The position numbers were made by a program, and so were the translations under genes. The notes beneath the pieces were generated by a model. It saw nothing but the letters and a program-made list of their open reading frames with translations. It was not told the DNA's origin and did not search any database. Below, piece by piece: positions 37,445-46,262 of a stretch of DNA of 64,000 nucleotides (position 1 is its first letter; each line of letters opens with the position of its first letter). The DNA is from Bacteroidetes bacterium GWF2_38_335 (lineage in GTDB: Bacteria > Bacteroidota > Bacteroidia > Bacteroidales > GWF2-38-335), in the NCBI GenBank assembly GCA_001769535.1, contig MEOH01000001.1, positions 200,040 to 264,039 of the forward strand. Reading direction: 5' to 3'.

Positions 37445-38671
37445 TCAAATAATTAATTTTCTATACACCGACTCATACAAATCAATTCCTGTTTCAAGGG
37501 AAAAGAATTTTTTTGCTGTATTTTTTATTATTTCCGGGTTATATTTTTTTGTCGTAATAATTTCAGCAGCTTTTTTCATTTCATCAATTGAAAAACCATC
37601 TATCATTACTCCAAGATTTTCATCTTTCATAAACATATCAGTATCACCAATACCTGAATTGCACACAACAGGTATGCCCATTCCCATTATTTCACCAAAT
37701 TTTGTAGGAGATGATGCTTTTTTAGAAAAAACAGGTAATATAAAAAACAAAGAAAAATTGCTTAATGAAAGGAACAAAGGAACCTCATTTCTTTTTGCCT
37801 CTTTAATAATAATGAGTGATTTATTCAAATTTAATTTTTCTGCTTCTCTATAAATTACCGAAGGGTCATCCCTTGTAATAAAAAGAAATTTTGCTTCGGA
37901 CTTATATTCAAGAAGGCATTTATAAAAAAGCATCATTTCGGGGAGCATATACCAGGTTCCGACTGACCCCAGGTAGCTCAAAACAAAATCATCATCTTTA
38001 ATTCCCATTTTTTCTTTAATTGTTTTTCTTTGAATTAAAGTAATATTTTCAGAGTTAAAAAGTTCTAAATCTGCACAACAGGGAATAACCTCTATTTTAT
38101 CATTATAACCTAAATTGGTATTATCGTTTATAATTTTTTTTCCGGCGTGTGTCAAACTAATAATATAGTCTGCTTTATTAAGATAAGTCTTTTCCTTTTT
38201 CTTAAAGAAGTTGTAAATAGCTTTAAATAAAATATTTTTTGTGTTCCAGATTTTTCCATCAACCCGTTCATCAGCCCAAAATCCCCGCATATCAAAAATG
38301 AATTTTACTTTCTTTTTTTTCAATGCAACGCCTCCAAAAGAAGCAATATAGCTGCGACAATGAACCAAGTCAAAATTGTATTTTTTATGAAGTTGCCGGG
38401 CAATAAACAGAATTTTAATAATATCATAAATCGTTGAAATAATTTTAGGTTTGGCGGTATATATTTTGGGTATCCAGTTGATATTATTTGACTTCAGCAG
38501 CTCATTTACCTCTTTACCCTGAGAAACAAAAAACTGTTTCTTTTCAAAACTCAGAAGATAAATGCTAAATCCCTTATCAGACAAACCAATCAGGTATGGA
38601 ATTACCTGTGACTGTCCCAGCTGGTCAGTCATTCCATCATACGATATGTATAAAACCTTTTTAATAATCAA
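37445..38671 (-). CDS. Glycosyltransferase family 4
   Basis: N-terminus KVLYISYDGMTDQLGQSQVIPYL and a GT-B C-terminal half (FGEIMGMGIPVV). TTG start. Confidence 0.75.
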   Translation of the reverse strand: MIIKKVLYISYDGMTDQLGQSQVIPYLIGLSDKGFSIYLLSFEKKQFFVSQGKEVNELLKSNNINWIPKIYTAKPKIISTIYDIIKILFIARQLHKKYNFDLVHCRSYIASFGGVALKKKKVKFIFDMRGFWADERVDGKIWNTKNILFKAIYNFFKKKEKTYLNKADYIISLTHAGKKIINDNTNLGYNDKIEVIPCCADLELFNSENITLIQRKTIKEKMGIKDDDFVLSYLGSVGTWYMLPEMMLFYKCLLEYKSEAKFLFITRDDPSVIYREAEKLNLNKSLIIIKEAKRNEVPLFLSLSNFSLFFILPVFSKKASSPTKFGEIMGMGIPVVCNSGIGDTDMFMKDENLGVMIDGFSIDEMKKAAEIITTKKYNPEIIKNTAKKFFSLETGIDLYESVYRKLII

Positions 38672-38757
38672 AATTTACAACTGATAAAATTAAGGATTAA
38701 TTACAAAGTGACGTGAAAAATTGCTTAATTTGTTTCACTTTTTTTAATTTAAGATTT

Positions 38758-40173
38758 ATGCATTTTCTTTCTCCTTGGGATTTGATATTGCCTCCATTCT
38801 ATTTGGGGATAATTTATCTTATTGCAAGAAGCATTCAAAAGAAAAATATTGCAAAAAATCCTGAATACAAATATTATATTGCTGGATTGTTTACGAAAAT
38901 TATCGGGGGTATTGGTGTTGTGCTGATTTATTGTTTTTATTATGTGGGTGGCGATACCATTGGTTATTTTGAAGGATCCACCTATTTAGGTAGAGTTTTT
39001 TTAAAGGATCCAGTTTGCTTTTTATCCATTTTTTCAGGTAATCTGTCTCCTGAAAACTGGACCTGTTTTGATATGAATACAGGGTATCCAATGTATTATC
39101 CGGACTATCAGTCTTTCTCCGTAATACGATTTACTAGTTTACTGACTCTTGCAGGAGGAACCAGTTTTATTGTCACAACTATTTTAATTGCCTGCATTAC
39201 CTACCAGGGCCTTTGGAAACTATTCAGACTTTTCAGGGAAGAATTTCCTGAATTGGAAAAAGCTATGGCTTTTGCAATTCTTTTCATGCCATCTGTGGCA
39301 TTCTGGGGATCGGCCATTTTAAAAGATTCATTCACCCTTTGTGCTTCAGCCTGGCTGGTTTATTGCAGCTATCAGATTTTTATCAAAAATTCACAGATTG
39401 GGAGAAATCTGGTCTATATCTCAATCAGCATATATGTACTTATATCATTAAAACCCTATATTTTCTTTGCCGTATTTCTTGGTATTATGATCATGTTGAG
39501 TCATTTCTGGATTAAAAAAATTAAAAATGCTTTTTTAAGATCTTTTCTAATTCCAATGCTGTTCACACTTTTATGGGGTGGAGGAATTTTATTGATGATC
39601 CGACTCGGATCAACGGTTGGCGGGGCTTATGAATCTGTTGACTCAATGCTTGAAAAAGCTGTTATTACACAAGACGATTTAAAAACATCTGAAAGATATG
39701 GTAAAAATACTTTTGACATTGGAAAATTTGACCCTACCATTCCGGGGATATTAAAAAAAGCTCCGCTTGCAATGGAAGCAGGTCTTTTCCGTCCTTACCT
39801 TTGGGAATGTAATAACCCGGTTATGTTGATATCCGGAATTGAAAATACGGTATTGGTAGGATTGTTTGCCTTTGTTATTATTTTATCCTCGGTTGCTTTT
39901 TTCAGACTGGGTCCCAAATATATGTTCAGTGCGATGTATGATAACTCATTAGTGGTATTTTCAATAATTTTCTCGCTTTCCTTTGCCTTTTTTGTTGGTC
40001 TTACAACAGCAAATTTTGGCGCTTTGGTAAGATATAAAATTCCGCTTATTCCATTCCTTATGGCTGCCTTGTTTATTATTATCAGGAAATATAACCGTGA
40101 AAAAGAGGACGAAAAGGAAAGACAAAAAAGCGTTCAAAGTTCATTTAAAAAATTCCACAGGGGCAATTTTTGA
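38758..40173 (+). CDS. Polytopic membrane protein of the polysaccharide locus (unassigned; possibly polymerase-like)
   Basis: About 11-12 hydrophobic helices and no motif I can name. Start is ATG 38758 or GTG 38713. Confidence 0.45.
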   Translation: MHFLSPWDLILPPFYLGIIYLIARSIQKKNIAKNPEYKYYIAGLFTKIIGGIGVVLIYCFYYVGGDTIGYFEGSTYLGRVFLKDPVCFLSIFSGNLSPENWTCFDMNTGYPMYYPDYQSFSVIRFTSLLTLAGGTSFIVTTILIACITYQGLWKLFRLFREEFPELEKAMAFAILFMPSVAFWGSAILKDSFTLCASAWLVYCSYQIFIKNSQIGRNLVYISISIYVLISLKPYIFFAVFLGIMIMLSHFWIKKIKNAFLRSFLIPMLFTLLWGGGILLMIRLGSTVGGAYESVDSMLEKAVITQDDLKTSERYGKNTFDIGKFDPTIPGILKKAPLAMEAGLFRPYLWECNNPVMLISGIENTVLVGLFAFVIILSSVAFFRLGPKYMFSAMYDNSLVVFSIIFSLSFAFFVGLTTANFGALVRYKIPLIPFLMAALFIIIRKYNREKEDEKERQKSVQSSFKKFHRGNF

Positions 40174-40188
40174 ACTTAGCAACGCAAA

Positions 40189-41109
40189 TTACTCGTAAAT
40201 ATCCTTTATAAAATAGTTCGGCCGGTCCTTGGTTTCAATAAAAATCCTGAAAATATATTCTCCCAATATTCCAAGAAAAAACAATTGAACACTTCCGAAA
40301 AAGAACATTCCCAGCATGGTAGAGGTCCAGCCGGTTACTGCATCTCCAATTATCTTTTTATAGATTACCACTCCGGCTCCCACCAGGGAAATAAAAATTC
40401 CAATCATTCCAATAACTAAGGAAAGTTTAATTGGCAATTTTGAAAATGAAAAAATAGCATCAAATGCCAACCGCGTCAGTTTAAAAACATTCATTTTGGC
40501 TTGTCCTATTTCACGATCCGGACGATCATATTCAACCTCGCCCTGATTAAAACCGATGTAATATCTCAAACCCGGCAAATATCTGTTTTTTTCCCTCAGT
40601 TTTAATAATGCATCCAGTGCTTTCCTGTTCATGATCGAAAAATTTCCCACATTTTCGGGTGCTTTTAACTTGGTGCTGTGCCTGAAAAACTTATGGAATA
40701 TCCTTATGGATAATCTTTTTGGCAACTTTTCCTTTCTTGTTTTCCTTTTGCCATATATGATGTCAAAATCCTCTTCAGTTAGTTTCCTGTACATTTCGGG
40801 AATCAATTCAGGGGGATCCTGCAAATCACCATCCATCATTACAACAAACCCGCTTTTCGAATATTCAAGTCCAGCCGTATAAGCCGCCTGATGACCAAAA
40901 TTCCTCGACAACTCAATGGCTTTTACCCTCGGTTCCTTCTTCCGGTATTCCAATAATTCACTAAGTGTGCTGTCAGAACTCCCGTCATCCACACAGATTA
41001 TTTCAAAATCATCAGTGATTTTTTTTAAGGATTCAGCAGTTCTGTCAAGAAGCAAAGGAATGATCTTTTCTTCATTGAATAAGGGTATTACAGCAGATAT
41101 TTTTACCAT
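40189..41109 (-). CDS. Polyprenol-phosphate glycosyltransferase (GT2, GtrB/ArnC-like)
   Basis: ISAVIPLFNEEKIIPLLL, ICVDDGSSDST, MDGDLQDPPE, plus two C-terminal TM helices. Confidence 0.8.
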   Translation of the reverse strand: MVKISAVIPLFNEEKIIPLLLDRTAESLKKITDDFEIICVDDGSSDSTLSELLEYRKKEPRVKAIELSRNFGHQAAYTAGLEYSKSGFVVMMDGDLQDPPELIPEMYRKLTEEDFDIIYGKRKTRKEKLPKRLSIRIFHKFFRHSTKLKAPENVGNFSIMNRKALDALLKLREKNRYLPGLRYYIGFNQGEVEYDRPDREIGQAKMNVFKLTRLAFDAIFSFSKLPIKLSLVIGMIGIFISLVGAGVVIYKKIIGDAVTGWTSTMLGMFFFGSVQLFFLGILGEYIFRIFIETKDRPNYFIKDIYE

Positions 41110-41123
41110 AAACGGTGTTTTTG

Positions 41124-41131
41124 CAAATATA
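41124..41131 (-). promoter_or_regulatory. -7 box TATATTTG for the GT2 gene
   Basis: Exact TAnnTTTG on the minus strand, 14 nt upstream of ATG 41109. Confidence 0.45.
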
Positions 41132-41145
41132 AAAAATTAAATGGA

Positions 41146-41182
41146 AATAACCCCTGCCTTTAGTCAGGGGTTTATGACATGA
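41146..41182. repeat. Copy B of the hairpin repeat family: AATAACCCCTG-CCTTTAGT-CAGGGGTTTATGACATGA
   Basis: 8-bp stem AACCCCTG/CAGGGGTT. Flanks are identical to copy A (17874-17911). The G-C pair of copy A is replaced by T-A here (compensatory). Located in a divergent promoter region. Confidence 0.7.
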
Positions 41183-41303
41183 AAAAAAATAGTGGTCTTT
41201 TATCATGATTATGAATAGTAATTTCGCACATGTTAAAAATAAACTTAATTGATAAATTATTTTCAGCCAATAAACTATCTTTACCCCCGTTAATCATATC
41301 AAC

Positions 41304-42287
41304 ATGAAAAACGATTTTAAAAAACTTTTCGAATCTTTTAACAACAAAAATATCCTCATCATCGGGGATGTGATGGTCGACGCTTACATCTGGGGAAAGG
41401 TGGAAAGAATCTCTCCCGAAGCCCCCGTGCCCGTTGTTTCAATTACCCAACGCGAAAACCGGCCGGGCGGTGCAGCCAATGTGGCTCTTAATATTAAAGC
41501 GCTTGGTGCAAACCCAATTATCTGCTCGGTAATCGGAGAGGATGAAAAGGGCCTGATTTTCAAAGATATGCTTAAGTCAAACGGCATGATTTCAGATGCT
41601 ATTCTTACATGCTCCCTGAGAAAAACTACCAGCAAAACCCGTGTGATCAGCAATGGCCAACACCTGCTGCGCGTAGATGAGGAAATTACCAGTCCGCTTG
41701 ACCACGAAACCGAACAGAGCTTCATAGCACATCTGGCCACCATCATCAAATATAAGAAAATTGATGCCATCATTTTTGAGGATTATGACAAGGGGGTGAT
41801 CACTCCTACAGTTATCGATAACCTTGTAAATATTGCCGGAAAACTTAATATTCCGGTTACCGTCGATCCCAAGAAAAATAACTTCTGCAATTACAATGGG
41901 GTAACCCTATTTAAACCAAACTTTAAGGAACTTAAGGAAGGCCTTAAACTTGATATCGAAAAAGGCGATTTTGAAGGCCTTTTCAAAGCAGCTCTTGTCC
42001 TTCACAAAGAGTACCAGCAAAAATTTGTCATGATTACCCTCTCTGAACTGGGGGTTTTTATATCTGACGGAGAAAAATATCAGGTCATTCCTGCCGAATT
42101 CCGCGATATCGTTGACGTTTCGGGTGCCGGAGATACTGTTATCTCTGTGGCAACACTTTGCCTGTGCTTAGGTTTGCCGACCGAAGAAATTGCCAGGGTT
42201 TCCAATTGTGCGGGCGGACTGGTTTGTGAAAAAGTCGGGGTGGTTCCCATAAACAAAGATGAATTGCTTACAGAAATTCTTAAATAA
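41304..42287 (+). CDS. hldA: D-glycero-beta-D-manno-heptose-7-phosphate kinase (RfaE domain I only)
   Basis: ILIIGDVMVDAYIWGKVERISPEAPVPVV N-terminus and the PfkB C-terminal motif DVSGAGDTVISV. 327 aa, so no adenylyltransferase domain. Confidence 0.75.
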   Translation: MKNDFKKLFESFNNKNILIIGDVMVDAYIWGKVERISPEAPVPVVSITQRENRPGGAANVALNIKALGANPIICSVIGEDEKGLIFKDMLKSNGMISDAILTCSLRKTTSKTRVISNGQHLLRVDEEITSPLDHETEQSFIAHLATIIKYKKIDAIIFEDYDKGVITPTVIDNLVNIAGKLNIPVTVDPKKNNFCNYNGVTLFKPNFKELKEGLKLDIEKGDFEGLFKAALVLHKEYQQKFVMITLSELGVFISDGEKYQVIPAEFRDIVDVSGAGDTVISVATLCLCLGLPTEEIARVSNCAGGLVCEKVGVVPINKDELLTEILK

Positions 42288-42290
42288 ACT

Positions 42291-43055
42291 GTGTTTTTTG
42301 TACTTTCAAAAATATTGATGTTCCTGATCCAGCCTGTTATCTGGATTCTTGCCGTTTTTATCTATGGCCTGTTTACCAAAAACGCCAAAAGAAAAAAACG
42401 TTCGTTTCTGGCAGCTCTTATAATGCTGCTCTTTTTCTCCAACTCTTTCATCCTTGACGAAGTGATGCGCTCATGGGAGGTTGATGCTGTTGCCTGGGAA
42501 AAAGTGGACGGTGTTTATGATTACGGAATTGTACTTGGCGGTATGATCTCCTACGACAAAGAGTACGACCGCATCAATTTTTTAAGGTCATCAGACCGGC
42601 TCATGCAAACCATCGAACTTTATAACAGGGGGAAAATTAAAAAGATATTTCTTTCGGGAGGTTCAGGCGATTTGCTCGATCCTGATTTTAAGGAAAGTTT
42701 ACACATTAAAAAATATCTGGTTCGCATGGGCATCCCCGAAGAAGACATACTTGAAGAATCTACATCCAGAAACACCCACGAAAATGCAATCTGCTCTGCC
42801 GAAATCCTGCTCAAAAACAACAATAATCCACGATGCCTGCTCATTACATCGGCCTTTCACATGCGCCGCGCTTTGGGATGCTTTGAGAACGAGGGACTGA
42901 TTGTTGACCCCTTTGTGACCGACCGGTACGCCGGACCACGTAAGTTTGAATTTTCCCACCTCATATTGCCCGACATTGAAGCCATGGGCGTGTGGACATT
43001 GCTCATCCACGAAATCACAGGGTATGTTGTTTATGATATTTCGGGGTATTTGTAA
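42291..43055 (+). CDS. YdcF/DUF218-family protein
   Basis: IVLGGM..., KIFLSGGSG and LLITSAFHMRRA motifs. GTG start. Confidence 0.7.
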   Translation: MFFVLSKILMFLIQPVIWILAVFIYGLFTKNAKRKKRSFLAALIMLLFFSNSFILDEVMRSWEVDAVAWEKVDGVYDYGIVLGGMISYDKEYDRINFLRSSDRLMQTIELYNRGKIKKIFLSGGSGDLLDPDFKESLHIKKYLVRMGIPEEDILEESTSRNTHENAICSAEILLKNNNNPRCLLITSAFHMRRALGCFENEGLIVDPFVTDRYAGPRKFEFSHLILPDIEAMGVWTLLIHEITGYVVYDISGYL

Positions 43056-43200
43056 AATCAAACTATTTTACCTCAATAGTATATTATCTCCTCTTTTTTA
43101 TACATCTGTAAAAAATATCGCCTTAATTTTCATCACATTTTTTCTTTTCTTATCCCAATATTGCTAATTTTACAATGCCAATTTAAAATAATTTATCATT

Positions 43201-45267
43201 ATGAAACTGACACTTTTTGTTCTCGTATTCTCTGCTTTACTTTTAACTCAATGTACTGATGTGAAGGAAAAAGAAATGAAAGATAAAAAACAAACCGTCG
43301 AAAAAGGCGTGAAAAACATCGAACAGGAAGACATTGACAATGTAACTTCCATGCTTGTTGAAAAATACGGCGACGCACATAAGGACCGTATCAAAAGAGG
43401 TGTGACTCAGGCCGCCGCTCTATGGAACTCCAAAGACGGCTGTAAAAAAGACTTCGAAGAGTTTTGCCTCAACTATTTCATCGCTGATGAAAAAGAACGT
43501 GAGATGGTTTTTAATAAAATCTCCACAAACTTTGAAATCCTTCGCGGAAATTTCAATAAAATGTCGCTGGACCTTAAACGTCCGCTTCACCTCGATATCG
43601 GTGAAACCCATCCCATAGACGATATTTTTGGTGCTCTGGATCCCAGTGCCCACATGGAATCTGATCTTTATGAAAATAAAGTGGCTTTCATTGTCATCCT
43701 CAACTTCCCCTTCTATTCCCTGAAAGAAAAAACCGAAATGGGCGAAAAATGGTCACGAAAAGACTGGGCTTATGCCCGCCTTGGCGATATGTTTACCGCC
43801 CGCATTCCGGCCGAACTGTACCAGAATTATTCAAAAGTCACTACCGATGCCGATACCTATATTTCTGAATACAACATTTTCATGGGCAAGCTGGTTAACG
43901 ACAAACAGGAAACCTTATTCCCCGAAGACCTTAAACTTATTACCCACTGGGGTCTGCGTGATGAGCTGAAATCAAACTACAACATGGAAAACGGACTTGT
44001 CAAACAAAAAATGGTATACGAAGTAATGAAACGCATCATTACCCAGGAAATTCCCAAAAATGTGATCAATAACGGTGAATACACATGGAATCCGACCACC
44101 AATAAAATATATGTAAACGGAAAAGAAGCCGATTCACCTGCCGAAGACAATGTACGCTATCAGCACATGCTCAATATTTTCCATGCTCTGAAAGCCATGG
44201 ATGAATTTTCTCCGCAGCTTCCCTCCTACATCCTAAGAAAATTTGAAGCCGAAATGGAAATACCCATGGCCGATGTGGAAAAACTTTTTGTTGATCTGGT
44301 ATCATCACCCCAAGTAAAAGAAGTGGCTGCCGTAATTAAAAAACGCCTTGGCCGCGAACTGGAGCCTTTTGATATCTGGTTCGACGGTTTCAAATCAAGA
44401 AGTTCATTAAATGAAAATGATCTGAACAAAGCTACAACTTCAAAATACCCCAATCCCGAAGCACTTAAAAAAGACCTTCCCAATATTCTGGTAAAACTTG
44501 GATGGTCAAAAGACCGTGCCGAATTAATTTCTTCACGCGTTGCTGTTGACCCGTCACGCGGAGCAGGTCACGCATGGGGCGCCGAAATGAAAGGCGATGT
44601 ATCACATCTTCGCACCAGAATCGGAGCAAACGGTATGGATTATAAGGGTTACTGCATTGCTGTTCATGAATTTGGTCACAATGTGGAACAAACAATTACC
44701 CTGTATGATGTGGATTATTACGCCATGAAAGGGGTTCCCAATACCGCATTTACTGAAGCTGTTGCATTTATGTTCCAGAAACGTGATGTTGAACTGCTCG
44801 GAATGAAAACCGGCAATGATCTGAAAGCCGACCTCGAAGCTATTGATAATTTCTGGGCTTGCTACGAAATCATGGGCGTTTCACTGGTTGACATGGCCGT
44901 GTGGAAATGGCTGTATGAACATCCTGATGCCACTGCATCTGACCTGAAAGAAACTGTTATCAGAATTTCCAAAGAAGTATGGAATAAATACTATGCCGAT
45001 GTGTTCGGTGTTAAAGACCAACCCATTCTGGCCATCTATTCACACATGATTGACGCGCCTCTTTACCTGTCGGCATATCCAATCGGACACCTGATTGATT
45101 TCCAGCTTGAAAGCTATATCAAAGGAAAATCATTCTCGGGCGAACTGGAAAGAGTTCTGAAACAAGGCCGTCTGATCCCCCAGAAATGGATGAAAGATGC
45201 TGTTGGCGAAGAGCTTTCAATTAAGCCGCTGCTCGAAGCTACCAGTGCTGCAGCAAAGAAACTTTAA
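43201..45267 (+). CDS. Lipoprotein, putative gluzincin metallopeptidase (HEFGH ... E)
   Basis: Lipobox LLLTQC. CIAVHEFGHNVEQ with a downstream FTEAVAF glutamate about 27 aa away. Family not assigned. Confidence 0.55.
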   Translation: MKLTLFVLVFSALLLTQCTDVKEKEMKDKKQTVEKGVKNIEQEDIDNVTSMLVEKYGDAHKDRIKRGVTQAAALWNSKDGCKKDFEEFCLNYFIADEKEREMVFNKISTNFEILRGNFNKMSLDLKRPLHLDIGETHPIDDIFGALDPSAHMESDLYENKVAFIVILNFPFYSLKEKTEMGEKWSRKDWAYARLGDMFTARIPAELYQNYSKVTTDADTYISEYNIFMGKLVNDKQETLFPEDLKLITHWGLRDELKSNYNMENGLVKQKMVYEVMKRIITQEIPKNVINNGEYTWNPTTNKIYVNGKEADSPAEDNVRYQHMLNIFHALKAMDEFSPQLPSYILRKFEAEMEIPMADVEKLFVDLVSSPQVKEVAAVIKKRLGRELEPFDIWFDGFKSRSSLNENDLNKATTSKYPNPEALKKDLPNILVKLGWSKDRAELISSRVAVDPSRGAGHAWGAEMKGDVSHLRTRIGANGMDYKGYCIAVHEFGHNVEQTITLYDVDYYAMKGVPNTAFTEAVAFMFQKRDVELLGMKTGNDLKADLEAIDNFWACYEIMGVSLVDMAVWKWLYEHPDATASDLKETVIRISKEVWNKYYADVFGVKDQPILAIYSHMIDAPLYLSAYPIGHLIDFQLESYIKGKSFSGELERVLKQGRLIPQKWMKDAVGEELSIKPLLEATSAAAKKL

Positions 45268-45287
45268 TTCATTTTAAAAGAAGATTA

Positions 45288-46262
45288 ATGTTTCTGAAAG
45301 ATTCGGTTGAACAGAAAGATCTTGAAAAACTGGTTGAAATCAGGGCGGAAGAATCTTTATCGCTTGAATTTGTCAATGGCAGCGAACTCAATCCTGCCAG
45401 CGAATCAAAAACAGGCAGGATTACCATCCTGATCTCGGCTTTTGCAAATACTGCCGGAGGCACCATTATTTACGGAATCGAAACCCGGAAAAAACGTGCC
45501 TCCGGTTTTTCATTTGTCAACGGTAATGAAGTGAGCAAAGAATGGCTTGAGCAGCTTGCCTCCTCAAGAATCACGAAAAATATTCCCGGATTAAAAATAC
45601 ATTCCGTTGCTTTCGACAATGATCCCCTGAAGTCGGTTTTTGTCATCATCGTTCCCGACAGTCCGCTTGCCCCACACATGAACCACGACTACAGATTTTA
45701 TAAAAGATCGGGGTTCAAGGAGCATATTATGGAGGAACATGAAGTCAGGATGAAATATCTTCAGACCAATGTGGCCGAAATAGAGTTTTTCGGTGTCATC
45801 AACACCAATGGGATTCCGCTGATGAACGACGGTAAATTGTCTTCCATGAGTTTTTACCCTAAGTTTCTGATCAGAAACATCAGCAAAAACATCGAACATT
45901 CATATAAAACAGAAATTTCAGTACCTGCCGATCTCTATGACAGTTCATTTACCTATTTGCAGGAATATTTTGTCCGCCACGACGGCAACCACAATGTTTT
46001 CTCTGTTCCCAACCGCAGTCCGCTTTTCCAGGAAGAAATGGCAACGGCCCTTGAACTGAAACTGACTGTCAACAAAAACAATTTTGAGGTTTTTGAGAAC
46101 GAAGAAATCCATGTTAAAATATTCTATTCCAATGGAATAAAATCACATTCATTTAACCTGAGGGAAACTTTCAGGTACAAAAACAAAAATCTGAATATTG
46201 ATGATTTTGGTTTGGCCGTAATTGATAAAACTTCAGAAACCAATAATACAACCGGCAGTTGA
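45288..46262 (+). CDS. AlbA_2 (Schlafen-like) domain protein with an unassigned C-terminal half
   Basis: EESLSLEFV...ISAFANTAGGTIIYGIE...VFVIIVPDSPLAPHMNHDYRFYKRSG fits the AlbA_2 pattern. No HATPase or wHTH tail recognised. Confidence 0.6.
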   Translation: MFLKDSVEQKDLEKLVEIRAEESLSLEFVNGSELNPASESKTGRITILISAFANTAGGTIIYGIETRKKRASGFSFVNGNEVSKEWLEQLASSRITKNIPGLKIHSVAFDNDPLKSVFVIIVPDSPLAPHMNHDYRFYKRSGFKEHIMEEHEVRMKYLQTNVAEIEFFGVINTNGIPLMNDGKLSSMSFYPKFLIRNISKNIEHSYKTEISVPADLYDSSFTYLQEYFVRHDGNHNVFSVPNRSPLFQEEMATALELKLTVNKNNFEVFENEEIHVKIFYSNGIKSHSFNLRETFRYKNKNLNIDDFGLAVIDKTSETNNTTGS

